Below are positions 29,369-44,526 of a stretch of 58,959 nucleotides of DNA, piece after piece; position 1 is the stretch's first letter, and every line of letters starts with the position of its first letter. A program made the translations under genes and the position numbers. Source of the stretch: a virus (taxonomy: Duplodnaviria; Heunggongvirae; Uroviricota; Caudoviricetes); IMG/VR virus record IMGVR_UViG_2541047708_000006; one strand, given 5' to 3'. The notes below the pieces were generated by a model. The model was not told the DNA's origin. It saw only the letters and a program-made list of their open reading frames with translations, and made no database searches.

Positions 29369-30604
29369 CTAACCAGCCTTTTGTTTGAGGATTGTCACTT
29401 TTGAATCAGCAGCTGCGATGCTATTGAGATATGTAGTCCAGAGTTCCAGAGCATCCAGTTTTTTAGCCATAAACTTACTCCGGTTGTAAACACCTGCCAC
29501 GCCAGGTAGCGCATGGCCTAACAGTTGTTCTACTACATAAAATTCAACACCGAGATCACTTAGATGAGTAGATAGCGTTCTTCTAAGGTCGTGTAGTGAC
29601 CATTGTTTTTCATGGCCCAAACGTTTACCGATTTTCCCCCCAATCTTGCTTACGCTTTCTCTAATTCGCAGACTTCCCAGCACATAACCAGTATGTTTTG
29701 TCTCTTCGTGAACATCCGTTACCCACTGCCGTAGAATTTCAGGTACTGGCCTGACAATTTCAACACCAGTTTTTGAGTGATCTTTCGGTACAGTCCAAAC
29801 CCAACTTTCTAGATCCCATTCGCTCCATTCTGATAATCGGGCTTCACTCATTCGACATCCAAATACTGTACAAAGCACAAACATTTTTCGCGTGTATTCA
29901 GACATTAGTTTTAAATCAGGCTCGACAAAAATTGCCTTCCAGAGCTGGCCCAGTTCGGCTTCATCCAGAACCCGATCCCGCTTACCTGCAATCTGCCCCA
30001 CATCACTCATGCGCAAATCCTTTAAAGCATCACACGTCGCGTACTGGCGTACCCGACAAAAACGAAGAGCTAATTTAGTGTCAGAAAAAACATACGCCGC
30101 CATAACTGGTGCATTACGTTTAATTCGGTCAAAACAGTCCAGCCATTCATATAGGTGAGTGTCATTTACGGGCAAATGACCGATATAGGGAAAGATATGC
30201 TTTCGAAATCTGCCAAGCGTTACAGCATGAGTTTTACGACGCACCTTACAGTAATTTTCATACCAGTAATTTAGTGCATCCTCCACTGTGACCGGCTTTA
30301 AGCGTTCTTCAGCCTGAATCTTAATCTGAATACGCGGATCACGTTTGTCAGCCAACCAACCACGGCACTCGTCGCGCTTTTCCCTTGCCTGTTTGAGTGA
30401 CATATCAGGATATTTACCCAACGTTAGCCAGACCGGAGCAGCCCGGCCACCTGCTAACCTGTAGAAGAAAACAAAGCTCACAGCCCCCTTGGTACTCACA
30501 CGAATAGAAAGCCCCTTTCCATCAGCAATGGTGATCTGCTTTTCTCTAGGTTTCCCCAGATATCCTTTAAGTGCTTTGTCGCTCAGTTTGTTCTCGCCAG
30601 CCAT
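29369..30604 (-). CDS. int: Tyrosine integrase (P4-like)
   Basis: Start placed at MAGENKLSDKALK (ORF track extends 44 codons further upstream); C-terminal HDLRRT...GH...Y catalytic signature; adjacent to att core. Confidence 0.9.
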   Translation of the reverse strand: MAGENKLSDKALKGYLGKPREKQITIADGKGLSIRVSTKGAVSFVFFYRLAGGRAAPVWLTLGKYPDMSLKQAREKRDECRGWLADKRDPRIQIKIQAEERLKPVTVEDALNYWYENYCKVRRKTHAVTLGRFRKHIFPYIGHLPVNDTHLYEWLDCFDRIKRNAPVMAAYVFSDTKLALRFCRVRQYATCDALKDLRMSDVGQIAGKRDRVLDEAELGQLWKAIFVEPDLKLMSEYTRKMFVLCTVFGCRMSEARLSEWSEWDLESWVWTVPKDHSKTGVEIVRPVPEILRQWVTDVHEETKHTGYVLGSLRIRESVSKIGGKIGKRLGHEKQWSLHDLRRTLSTHLSDLGVEFYVVEQLLGHALPGVAGVYNRSKFMAKKLDALELWTTYLNSIAAADSKVTILKQKAG

Positions 30605-30766
30605 TTTTAGCCCCAAAAAGCAATACAAGCTGCAATACAGAGATGATTGCAACACACAGATAACGAGGAAAATCCAGTGAAAGCGCCAGATAAACTTACT
30701 CTTTATTATCAAAAGATTAAGTGTAAAAACCAGCAACTACACGAAAGCCTCAGAAAGCCATGCTAA

Positions 30767-31012
30767 GTGCTTGGGTTTGACATATCCCGGTGTAAATTCA
30801 GAGGTGGAGCCGCCACGGGATCGGATAACCTCACCGGAAACAATCGGCGAAACGTACAGCGCCATGTTTACCAGTCCCGGAATTTGTGAGAGATAGACTT
30901 TCTCCGTGGTGAAGGGATAGCTCTCACGGAAAAAGAGACGCAGAAACAGCGGATCAAACTTAAATTTCTTCTCATTTGCCGCCAGCAGCTGGGCGGTTGT
31001 GTACATCGACAT
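30767..31012 (-). pseudogene. E: Major capsid protein E, 5' portion (codons 1-82), reads into satellite and stops after 9 foreign codons
   Basis: MSMYTTAQLLAANEKKFKFDPLF...GYVKPKH matches recalled gpE N-terminus, then LAWLSEAFV-stop. Confidence 0.9.
30768..30777 (+). repeat. Satellite att core, right copy (TGCTTGGGTT)
   Basis: Identical to 20035-20044. Confidence 0.8.
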
Positions 31013-31067
31013 AAAAAAATCCCGTAAAAAAAGCCGCACAGGCGGCCTTTAGTGATGAAGGGTAAGG

Positions 31068-31400
31068 TTAAACGATGCTGATTGCCGTTCCGGCAAACGC
31101 GGTCCGTTTTTTCGTCTCGTCGCTGGCAGCCTTCGGCCAGAGCACATCCTCATAACGGAACGTGCCGGACTTGTAGAACGTCAGCGTGGTGCTGGTCTGG
31201 TCAGCTGCAACCGCCAGAATGCCAACGGCAGCACCGTCGGTGGTGCCATCCCACGCAACCAGCTTACGGGTGGCGGTGTCCAGCATCAGCGGGGTCATTG
31301 CAGGCGCTTTCGCACTCAATCCGCCGGGCGCGGTTGCGGTATGAGCCGGGTCACTGTTGCCCAGCGGCTGGTAATGGGTAAAGGTTTCTTTGCTCGTCAT
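31068..31400 (-). CDS. D: Head decoration protein D
   Basis: [27 protein letters not shown]... matches recalled lambda gpD. Confidence 0.95.
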   Translation of the reverse strand: MTSKETFTHYQPLGNSDPAHTATAPGGLSAKAPAMTPLMLDTATRKLVAWDGTTDGAAVGILAVAADQTSTTLTFYKSGTFRYEDVLWPKAASDETKKRTAFAGTAISIV

Positions 31401-31409
31401 AAACATCCC

Positions 31410-32709
31410 TTACACTGGTGTGTTCAGCAAATCGTTAACGGCATCAGATGCCGGGTTACCTGCAGCCAGCGGTGCCGGGGCACCCTGCATCAGACGATCC
31501 AGCGCAGTGTCACTGCGCGCCTGTGCACTCTGTGGTGCTGCGGCCAGAATGCGGCGGGCCGTTTCCACGGTCATACCGGGGGTTTCAGCCAGCACGCGTG
31601 CCTGTTCTTCGCGTCCGTGAGCCTCCTCACAGTTGAGGATCCCCATAATGCGGCTGTTTTCTGCCGCAACCGCTGCGGTGATCTGCGCGTTCACGTCCGG
31701 CTGCGCCGCGCTGGCGTTTTCGCCCTCCGTCGCTGGCACCACGTCAGTAACGTCAGCCTGCGAAGCAGTGGCTGAAACAGTTGTTGATTGAGTCTCTTTG
31801 GTCATTCGCCCTCCTGAGAGACGGGATTTACGTGCATCCAGTGCATCACGCATGACGGTGATCGCATCGGTGCTGTTAACAAGTTCATCAGCCAGTCCGG
31901 CATCAATGGCCTCCTGACCGCTGTACACTGCAGCCTCGGTATCCAGCACAGCCTGCACGGACAGGCCGGTATATGCCGACACCTTCTGCGCAAATATCCG
32001 ACGGGTTGCATCCATCCGGGACTGCAGTGTCTCCCGGACGTCATCCGGAAGATGGCTGTAGGGGTTGCCATCCACCTTATGGCTGCCGCTGTAAATCAGC
32101 GTGATTTCCACGCCCTGTTTCTCCAGCGCAGCACCGTAATTACTGTGAGCCATCATGACGCCGATGGAGCCTGTCCGGGCGGTCTGCGTGACCAGACGCC
32201 GGGAAGCGGCGCTGGCAAGCAGCTGACCTGCACTGCAGTTCATGTCGTTGGCCAGCGCCCATACCGGTTTTATGTCACGCACACGGGCGATGATGTCAGC
32301 GCAGTCAAATGCCCCCGCCACCATCCCGCCGGGCGTGTCCATATCGAGCAGAATGCCGTCCACCATCGGATCGCTGGCAGCCTGTTGCAGACGGGCGATA
32401 ATGCCGTTGTAACCGGTCATTCCCGAATACGGCTGCAGCGCCCGCGTCCGGCTGACCAGCGTGCCGGACACCGGCAGCACGGCGATGCCGTTCATGACCT
32501 GATAACTGCGGGCCTGTCGTGGTCCGTCATCATTAACGGATAACGCCAGCGCCGCGGGTGCCTCTCCGGCAGTCAGGCTGTCGCCGGATACTGCATCCGT
32601 CAGGCGGCTGATCCCAAGCTGGCCTGCAAGCGCACAAAAGAAAACCCGCGCATAGGCGGGTTCAAGCATCAGCGGCTCATTAAAAGCCATGCTGGCAATA
32701 TGCGGGAGA

Positions 32710-32729
<20 letters not shown>
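31410..32729 (-). CDS. C: Head maturation protease C (with nested scaffold Nu3 frame)
   Basis: GTG start giving (M)TAELRNLPHIASMAFNEPLM...; lambda gpC-like throughout. Confidence 0.9.
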
Positions 32730-36410
<3,681 letters not shown>

Positions 36411-36436
<26 letters not shown>

Positions 36437-36956
36437 TCAGCAACCCCGGTATCAGTTCATCCAGCGCGGCTGCTTTGTTCATGGCTTTGATGATATCCCG
36501 TTTCAGGAAATCAATATGCCGGTTATCCAGCTCAGGAAAACGCCGCTGCACCGACAGGGGGATCCCGTCGAGAATACTGGCAATTTCACCTGCGATCCGC
36601 GACAGCACGAAAGTACAGAATGCGGTTTCCACTACTTCAGCGGAGTCTCTGGCATTTTTCAGCTCCTGTGCGTCGGCCTGCGCACGCGTAAGTCGATGGC
36701 GTTCGTACTCAATAGTCCCAGGCTGGAGATCTGCCTCGCTGGCAGCCCTGTAATCCTCAACCTCTTTACGGAGTTTTTCATTTTCGATATCAGCTTCCCT
36801 CTGCGCATACCACTGAATTGCCATGGCGGTATCAAATACAGATTCAACGCCCTTACTACCTCCGGAGACGCAAGGGAGTCCCTGAGACTGCCAGCGTTCA
36901 ATCGTTCGCGGATCCACGTTGAAAATTTCGGCAAGTTTCTTTTTATTAACCTTCAT
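36411..36956 (-). CDS. Nu1: Terminase small subunit Nu1
   Basis: [23 protein letters not shown]...; lambda Nu1-like; about 190 bp from cosN as in lambda. Confidence 0.95.
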
Positions 36957-37098
36957 GAAACAGTCTCACAATAAATACAGGGTCCGACATGAAAGTGCCC
37001 GAAAATGACTTTTTTAGGCGTTTTCATGTCGGACCTTTTACGGATTCGATATTAGAAAAAACAAATAGTTATGTTCGAGAAGTACCGACATGATTTTC

Positions 37099-37180
37099 CC
37101 CGGAAAAATTTCATAAATAGCGAAAACCCGCGAGGTCGCCGCCCCGTAACCTGTCGGATCGCCGGAAAGGACCCGAAAAA
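37099..37180 (-). promoter_or_regulatory. Helper prophage cos site (cosN core about 37133-37144, cohesive end GGGCGGCGACCT on minus strand)
   Basis: Reverse complement reads GGGCGGCGACCTCGCGGGTTTTCGCTATTTATGAAA..., the lambda left end; preceded by ...CCGACAGGTTACG as at the lambda right end. Confidence 0.85.
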
Positions 37181-37343
37181 TGATAATAATTATCATCTAC
37201 ATATCACAACGTGCGTGTACGCCATCAAACCACGTCAAATAATCAATTATGACGCAGGTATCGTATTAATTGATCCGCATCAACTTAACGTAAAAACAAC
37301 TTCAGACAATACAAATCAGCAACACAGAATACGGGACAACCTC

Positions 37344-37538
37344 ATGTCAACGAAGAACAGAACCCGCAGAACAACAACCCGCAACATCCGCTTTCCTAAC
37401 CAAATGATTGAACAAATTAACATCGCTCTTGATCAAAAAGGGTCCGGGAATTTCTCAGCCTGGGTCATTGAAGCCTGCCGTCGGAGACTAACGTCAGAAA
37501 AGAGAGCATATACATCAATCAAAAGTGATGAAGAATGA
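37344..37538 (+). CDS. Small hypothetical protein (possible RHH fold)
   Basis: 64 aa from internal ATG of a longer ORF; weak. Confidence 0.35.
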   Translation: MSTKNRTRRTTTRNIRFPNQMIEQINIALDQKGSGNFSAWVIEACRRRLTSEKRAYTSIKSDEE

Positions 37539-37788
37539 ATATCCCGGTTTCTTTACCTCCCCTCCCACCCCGCACAGGACTGGCGAGCGTGTGGGACAAA
37601 TATGTGAGTCATAAACGCCTTATCCTCAGAAATGCAGTTGGCATCCGAACAGGACGATATTGTAAATTCACCTAATTACGAGGCATTGCAGTAGTTGAAT
37701 TGTAGTTCTGTATTAGCCTGACAGTGACAGAATGCGATATTGACTCTGTCACAGGTGAAATAGTTTGAATGGTTAGCAGTTATGGTGA

Positions 37789-37995
37789 TCAGTCAACCAC
37801 CAAGGAATAATCCTTCGAATTCTTATCGTGCTTCACCAACGCTGCCTCAATTGCCCTGAATGCTTCCAGAGACACTTGATGTTCTATACATGCAATTACA
37901 ACATCCGGGTAACCCATCGAAATGGTGCTATTAAGCATAGTTTTTACACGAACCTGCTCCTGGGAGGGGGCATCAGTGTATTGATCTTTATGCAT
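37789..37995 (-). CDS. Hypothetical protein
   Basis: 68 aa ORF. Confidence 0.4.
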   Translation of the reverse strand: MHKDQYTDAPSQEQVRVKTMLNSTISMGYPDVVIACIEHQVSLEAFRAIEAALVKHDKNSKDYSLVVD

Positions 37996-38290
37996 TTTGT
38001 CGCTCCATGCGTTTGCTCTTCACTTGCGGCTAAAAATATAACGTCAAATCACTCAGCATGAAAGAGTGAAAGTTTCAGCGCGTTTCCCTTACATAATCTG
38101 TCATTTGTATTCTCTTCAGGTATACCGGAAAGACTAGGTATTGTCACACAACCAATACCATCGACAATCGAGATTTATATCTATTCGGTAATGTTTAAAT
38201 ATAACAAAACCCCGTAAAAACGAGGTTTATGGGTAATTTGTATTGTTGAATAGCATCTGATGAGAAATTGATGCTAATACTATAAACATA

Positions 38291-38464
38291 CTAGATTAAA
38301 TCAATCTTGATATCATAGCTTTCAAGACCAGTCATTTTTTCCCGTGCAGTAAACTGGATACTGGTAACTTCTTTCCCGGTCTTTTTCTTAAGCTCAATGA
38401 TTTTTTTTGTTATATATTCAGAAATATCTGCTTCTGTTTTTGTTTTTAACTCTTCAATGTTCAT
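38291..38464 (-). CDS. GnsA/GnsB-family small protein
   Basis: MNIEELKTKTEADISEYITKKIIELKKKTGKEVTSIQFTAREKMTGLESYDIKIDLI resembles recalled GnsB. Confidence 0.6.
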   Translation of the reverse strand: MNIEELKTKTEADISEYITKKIIELKKKTGKEVTSIQFTAREKMTGLESYDIKIDLI

Positions 38465-38636
38465 CATTTCCTCTTTTAGTCTGTTATGACTGTCCTGGTA
38501 CACAGTAGTGTCAATTATATGGAGCAAACGTATAAAAGATAAGATGAAACATCGCAATAATCAACATACGACGGTCTAAATTTCACACAAACAGATAAAG
38601 ATGATTATCATTTATTATCAATGCATTAGAATCAAA

Positions 38637-38906
38637 TCAATTCAAGAGTCTCATTGCTGCTTCCAGAATTTCTTCTGAAGTTACATGTCGATCCGCTGCT
38701 ACATAAATGACTTTATGATCTCCGGTCAGAGATGGAAACCCTGCAGCCATTACAGTGAGGTGTGTTGTTTCGCCATTTGGATATTCACGCATGATGGTGT
38801 TAACTCCGGTCATCACTGGCACTACCATTGCTGGTTCAGAGTTAAAAAAAACTATTATTTTTTTCATAATGTTACCGTAATATGTGAGTATCCATCGACT
38901 AGACAC
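38637..38906 (-). CDS. Hypothetical protein
   Basis: 89 aa ORF with terminator-like sequence downstream. Confidence 0.5.
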   Translation of the reverse strand: MSSRWILTYYGNIMKKIIVFFNSEPAMVVPVMTGVNTIMREYPNGETTHLTVMAAGFPSLTGDHKVIYVAADRHVTSEEILEAAMRLLN

Positions 38907-39138
38907 TAAGCAAAAAAGCTCCCGAAGGAGCCTTCATTTTCACTTTCTTAAATCTAACGACAGATGGCTAACATTTAAGTATTGTGAAATATTATCAAAT
39001 GTAATCATCATTGATTTACAAAAGATACATTTTGCCCCGAAAGGATTTCTGTCAGAAACATCAAAAGATGATGTTCTATACTGAGAACCATGGCAACACG
39101 GGCATCTAAAGTGAATATGGTTTGTAATATTTTCTACC

Positions 39139-39351
39139 TCAAAGTGCCACTACATGAACAGCTGCAGGGCCTTTAGGTCCGTTCTCAATACCAAATTCGA
39201 CTTCCTGATTCTCAGTTAACGTTTTGAAATCGTTGCTCTGAATAGCTGAGAAATGCACAAACACATCTTTGCTACCATCTTTCGGCGTGATGAAACCAAA
39301 ACCTTTTTCAGGGTTAAACCATTTCACTAAACCAGTCATTTTGTTAGACAT
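39139..39351 (-). CDS. Cold-shock protein (CspA family)
   Basis: [19 protein letters not shown]...[11 protein letters not shown] motifs. Confidence 0.9.
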   Translation of the reverse strand: MSNKMTGLVKWFNPEKGFGFITPKDGSKDVFVHFSAIQSNDFKTLTENQEVEFGIENGPKGPAAVHVVAL

Positions 39352-39714
39352 CATTATTACCTTTTGAAGAAGTTAGCCCTTGGGCAGAATGGTCCGAAAA
39401 AAAATATCAGAGAGAAAAACCAACAAGAAAATCTCAAGAGGTACAAATAATAAAATTATAACAATGACTGCTTCAGATAATTTTGTAACAAACCAGAACA
39501 CCATTAACGCATGATTAACCAACCATAGCAAGGATTACTTTTGTAAAGAAAAACACACGAATGAAACAATAGCTTTATTTATTAATAAAACGTGTCATTC
39601 TGTCTAATGACCTTTTATCTTACCCTTAAGATTTCAAGGATTTTGACTCATGGAAGAGTCCTTTTTATTTAAATTTCACATTCAGCGCTAAAAATAATCC
39701 GATTTAATATTAAT

Positions 39715-40742
<1,028 letters not shown>

Positions 40743-40849
40743 GGATATTTATCAGGATTTATCGGCTTCAAATCCCCGGATATGTTAAATCTTACCTCAC
40801 CAGTGATGGGCACTGGCGGGAGGAGGATGTCAATCTGATAAACACAGAG

Positions 40850-41116
40850 GTGACTATGGATTACACAAATCTACCAAAACAAACTTTTGCTGATTTAATC
40901 GCACTCAGGCAAGCAGTCGTAGCTCTAATCAACTTGTTGCCGGAGAAGGAAAAGGAATTAGTTAAAGCGCTTCTTAACAGAACTGCCGCCGATTTTTCAT
41001 CATATCCACTGACAGATGACCTTGCGGACCTTCCTGAATTAATTGCAGCGTCCGCCATTAAGCTTACTGAAGAGATTTACCCTCCTCAAAAATCTTCACA
41101 AAATTCCTGCGAGTAA
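40850..41116 (+). CDS. Hypothetical protein on opposite strand in lysis cassette
   Basis: 88 aa ORF preceded by GAGGTG RBS; overlaps end of neighbour. Confidence 0.35.
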   Translation: MTMDYTNLPKQTFADLIALRQAVVALINLLPEKEKELVKALLNRTAADFSSYPLTDDLADLPELIAASAIKLTEEIYPPQKSSQNSCE

Positions 41117-41636
41117 CTTCAATGCAATAATCGTAAAACGCCGCAAACTGCTCATCGCGGCGTTTTTTTTCATCTTCAGAAGGGATCAGCACCGACAATT
41201 TTTTATTCAGATCAGCGACGCTGCCCTCCAGTTTTTCAATGGGCGATTCAATATCATCTTTTTCTGACCGCAATGCCGTCGGTGGCGTCTTCAGAGAACC
41301 AGTAATTCTTCCCGGTAGCTTTCCTTTGTAGGTTATCCACACATTCTGCGCCTCTAAAATTATGGGGCGCTTTTCCGGCGACTGCTCATCCCCTACACAT
41401 AACCCGGCAGCAACATCCAGGAATACCTGTCTGATTCTCATTCTGGCTGCTGCCTCATAAAACTCCAGCGCGGCACCTTCAACACGGTCCAGCGAGATGT
41501 CCAGGTCAAAAATTTCACCGTCAAAGCGTTTTTTGTCCCGTAAGGCTACAGTTACCGCCACTTTATTCTCAAAATTGCGGACTCCTTTCACAACCAGTTC
41601 ATAGTCTTGTGTCATTGGATTACTCTCTTCTCGCAA
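41064..41636 (-). CDS. Hypothetical protein between holin and endolysin
   Basis: 190 aa ORF translationally coupled to holin. Confidence 0.6.
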   Translation of the reverse strand: MREESNPMTQDYELVVKGVRNFENKVAVTVALRDKKRFDGEIFDLDISLDRVEGAALEFYEAAARMRIRQVFLDVAAGLCVGDEQSPEKRPIILEAQNVWITYKGKLPGRITGSLKTPPTALRSEKDDIESPIEKLEGSVADLNKKLSVLIPSEDEKKRRDEQFAAFYDYCIEVTRRNFVKIFEEGKSLQ

Positions 41637-41835
41637 CCTTACGCCTGTCTTCTTTAATCTTGAAATAAAGGTTTGTCAGATACGTCAGCAGGCCAAAAAC
41701 CAGACTACCCAGCACACCGATTGCAGCCCACTGTGACGGAGTTACTTTATCGAGTAACTGCAATGCCCAGAAACCAGCATTACCAGCCGATGTGCCATAG
41801 GCGATACCTGTTGTTAACTTATCCATTGATTTCAT
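41620..41835 (-). CDS. S: Holin
   Basis: 71 aa, two hydrophobic helices and charged C-terminus; first gene of lysis cassette. Confidence 0.8.
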   Translation of the reverse strand: MKSMDKLTTGIAYGTSAGNAGFWALQLLDKVTPSQWAAIGVLGSLVFGLLTYLTNLYFKIKEDRRKVARRE

Positions 41836-42053
41836 ATCCTCACCCCGATGTACACAGATGGTGCAATATGTTTGAAAAGATCGGAGTCTATGGGTTAGTT
41901 TTTATAGCAAACGTTGTTCTCAACGGCGCTAAAAAACAGACACATTAAAAATGTGGGTAATTATTTTAAAAGAAAATCATATATTAAATAATAATACGAG
42001 ATATGTTTTCATATTTAGTGTACTGTATACGGCCATTTATACAGGAAAAGCCT

Positions 42054-42224
42054 ATGTCAGAACGTAAAGACTCAAAATCACGCCGTAATTATCTCGTTAA
42101 ATGTTCCTGCCCAAACTGCACCCAAGAGTCAGAACACAGTTTTTCAAGAGTACAAAAAGGTGCCCTTTTGATCTGCCCTCATTGCAACAAAGTATTCCAG
42201 ACAAATCTTAAAGCTGTAGCTTGA
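42054..42224 (+). CDS. Small zinc-ribbon protein
   Basis: Two CxxC pairs (CPNC...CPHC); RBS before ATG 42054. Confidence 0.5.
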   Translation: MSERKDSKSRRNYLVKCSCPNCTQESEHSFSRVQKGALLICPHCNKVFQTNLKAVA

Positions 42225-42286
42225 TTGATTTTATTCGTAACAAGTATTTTTTATATTTTAATAACATATTTAAAGCAGATAATAAA

Positions 42287-42312
42287 AAACCCGCCTGAGC
42301 GGGTTTAATATT
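42287..42312. terminator. Bidirectional rho-independent terminator
   Basis: AAACCCGC-CTGA-GCGGGTTT flanked by A-run and T-run. Confidence 0.6.
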
Positions 42313-42587
42313 GTGGTACTTTTTGTGGGAGTCATCCACTTACGCACTTTGTTTTGCTATGCCAGCAGTTAGCTTCTGCTGTAAAACTATTCATGCAGCA
42401 AACCTGCACTTCACCACAATGGTTAGCATACTTTTCCTGATTAAGTTATTGCCAAATATGCTGGCCATTGTTTCATGTATTGGACCTCCTTACTATTTAT
42501 TAAAGAGATCCAATATTCACCACTCTGTCTGTATCTCCACTCAGGCATCAGCCTTCTTCGTTATCGTATACAGACAAACTATGAATT

Positions 42588-42803
42588 TTAATCAGTAATT
42601 ATGACATTTGCTGCTGCAGGACCTTTAGCACCACTCTCTACAGAGAAGGTAACCTTTTGACCTTCAAATAAGGTTCGAAAATTATCATTCTGAATCGCAG
42701 AAAAATGCACAAACACATCTTTACTACCATCAACAGGAGAAATAAAGCCAAAACCTTTATCAGCGTTAAACCATTTTACTAAACCAGTCATTTTATTTGA
42801 CAT
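42588..42803 (-). CDS. Cold-shock protein (CspA family)
   Basis: [21 protein letters not shown]... Confidence 0.9.
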   Translation of the reverse strand: MSNKMTGLVKWFNADKGFGFISPVDGSKDVFVHFSAIQNDNFRTLFEGQKVTFSVESGAKGPAAANVIITD

Positions 42804-43103
42804 TCTACATTCCTTAACTTGAGCCTTTCGGCATAAATGGCTTGTATAACAGAAACGACTTCGTACTTAATTGGAGAGACTCAAAGAAGGAATAAGTGAA
42901 TAACACCTGAAATGAGAACTGCTTTAGTAAACTACTTCGTATATCGTCTGTTCTTCAAACCGACGCAATCATTAACGCATAGTTGAACATATGAAGCAAT
43001 GTTTATTTTAGACATCCAGCCATCTTCAACCCCATCAAAAAACTATAGCTTTCTTCAGGAACGTGTGTATAGTGCGCCCAGTTATCAGTATTAAGGAATT
43101 TTT

Positions 43104-43316
43104 TTGTCCCGTAAAATGACAGGAATTGTCAAAACCTTTGACGGCAAAAGCGGCAAGGGTCTTATCACCCCATCCGATGGTCGTATCGATGTCCAGCTTC
43201 ATGTTTCAGCGCTCAATCTCCGCGATGCAGAAGAAATTACCACCGGATTACGCGTGGAATTTTGCCGGATAAATGGTCTGCGTGGCCCTTCAGCTGCCAA
43301 TGTTTACCTTTCATGA
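43104..43316 (+). CDS. Cold-shock-domain protein (divergent)
   Basis: [23 protein letters not shown]...; CSD-like but lacks canonical RNP motifs. Confidence 0.85.
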
Positions 43317-43599
43317 GCTATATTAAAGCTTTAATTTCAGGCCCCATCGAATCAAACATGGAGAGTTTTCATGAATAACCCCGTCTGTCTTGATGACTGG
43401 TTGATTGGCTTTAAAAGCTTATGCTGTACTTTGACCGTAATAGCTCTGCTAATAATGTAATATGCAGACTCATTGTATCTAGGGACATAGTACTGGAAGA
43501 AAACATTTTAAACATCAGGCAAAGTCACCCGATAAATAATAAGTAAACAAACATGAATCCCGGAATGAGATTCAACATCTCTATTACCCTATTTAAAGC

Positions 43600-43630
43600 A
43601 CAAAAACCCGCTCATCAGCGGGTTTTCTAC
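43600..43630 (-). terminator. Candidate tR' terminator downstream of late promoter
   Basis: AAACCCGCTGATGAGCGGGTTT plus T-run on minus strand, about 40 nt after candidate pR'. Confidence 0.55.
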
Positions 43631-43661
43631 TTTTTCTTAACGTCGGGTATATAAAGCCCAT

Positions 43662-43690
43662 CGTTGAAAAAATTTTATCCATATTTTTTG
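43662..43690 (-). promoter_or_regulatory. Candidate late promoter pR' (-35 TTGCAT, 17 bp spacer, -10 TAAAAT)
   Basis: Read on minus strand immediately downstream of Q. Confidence 0.5.
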
Positions 43691-43731
43691 AAAAATGCAA
43701 GCATTACGTCGCCATCTTCGGCGAAAATCAT

Positions 43732-44526
43732 TTATCTCGTCACTTTTCTTAATTGCACCTCAGCATATGCTTCTTCCTGCCAGCACTTTGTAACCAGTTT
43801 ATCAATGACATCTGCATATCCTTTGTACCACTGATAATCAGTCAGGTCTGGTACCAGCTTCTGGACATGACACCGCGCCAGTGTCGTTGGTAAACGACTA
43901 AACCGGTTTCCATTGCAACGCCCACAAATCTTATAAACAGGCGCGCCATGAAGCCGGGTCCTTTTTTCATCCAGGACAATACCTTTACCCTTACACCCTC
44001 TGCACGCTGTGCTGACTTCTCCCTTACCATGACAATGCTGACATAGTTCCTTCACCCACTCTTCCTTGATAACAGACTCCCCGCTTCTGGAGTATTCCAC
44101 CACTTCGCGCAATACATTATGAAATCCAGTACCAGCACAAGGCTCACAGCGAGCCTTACTTGCCGCAGACCTGGAATAATCAGCAAAGGCAAAACTCACA
44201 AGGTAAGGGATGATCTGTAACCGGATTTCTTCACTCAATTTGTTCAATGTCGGGTTATCCAGTGCCATCGCGTAATTGAGCAGACCTTCAATCGCAAACT
44301 GAGGATCCTGAACGCCAGCTTTTGCCAGGAATAAGGCAAACCCAAGCGGTGCTTTCGACTGCACCATCCCCTGCGCAGCCATCACATCCGTAATCGTTAA
44401 ACCACCTGAGCCTGTCGCCGGTGCGGCATCACTCAATTTTGGAGATTTTGGGGAGTAATATTTTGGTAAGGCTTCAAGGTTCATGCTCGTTCTCCACTTA
44501 CGCCAGTACGCCAATTGCCAGCGCAC
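43732..44526 (-). CDS. Q: Late-gene antiterminator Q (zinc-finger type)
   Basis: 264 aa with Cys clusters (CEPCAGTG..., CQHCHGKG..., CRGCKGKG, CGRCNG); precedes pR' and lysis genes. Confidence 0.85.
   Translation of the reverse strand: MRWQLAYWRKWRTSMNLEALPKYYSPKSPKLSDAAPATGSGGLTITDVMAAQGMVQSKAPLGFALFLAKAGVQDPQFAIEGLLNYAMALDNPTLNKLSEEIRLQIIPYLVSFAFADYSRSAASKARCEPCAGTGFHNVLREVVEYSRSGESVIKEEWVKELCQHCHGKGEVSTACRGCKGKGIVLDEKRTRLHGAPVYKICGRCNGNRFSRLPTTLARCHVQKLVPDLTDYQWYKGYADVIDKLVTKCWQEEAYAEVQLRKVTR

Larger units (their letters stand above)
20035..30777. mobile_element. P4-like/PICI-like phage satellite inserted within prophage capsid gene E
   Basis: Integrase and AlpA at one end, P4 alpha-like primase with TGTTCACC iterons, own cos, TerS/capsid/decoration homologues, 10 bp flanking direct repeats, interrupts gene E in frame. 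Confidence 0.85.

Noticed and set aside
29369-30736. Full-length 455-aa integrase ORF as given in the ORF track
   Set aside because: The first 44 codons are hydrophobic read-through of att-flanking DNA; the integrase start was moved to the internal ATG at 30604
36475-36974. Plus-strand ORFs (92 and 152 aa) over Nu1 and the cos-proximal region
   Set aside because: Antisense to Nu1 and overlapping cosB; no support
42311-42598. 95-aa plus-strand ORF adjacent to a csp gene
   Set aside because: Runs antisense into the 3' end of the minus-strand cold-shock gene; hydrophobic junk-like sequence; no RBS
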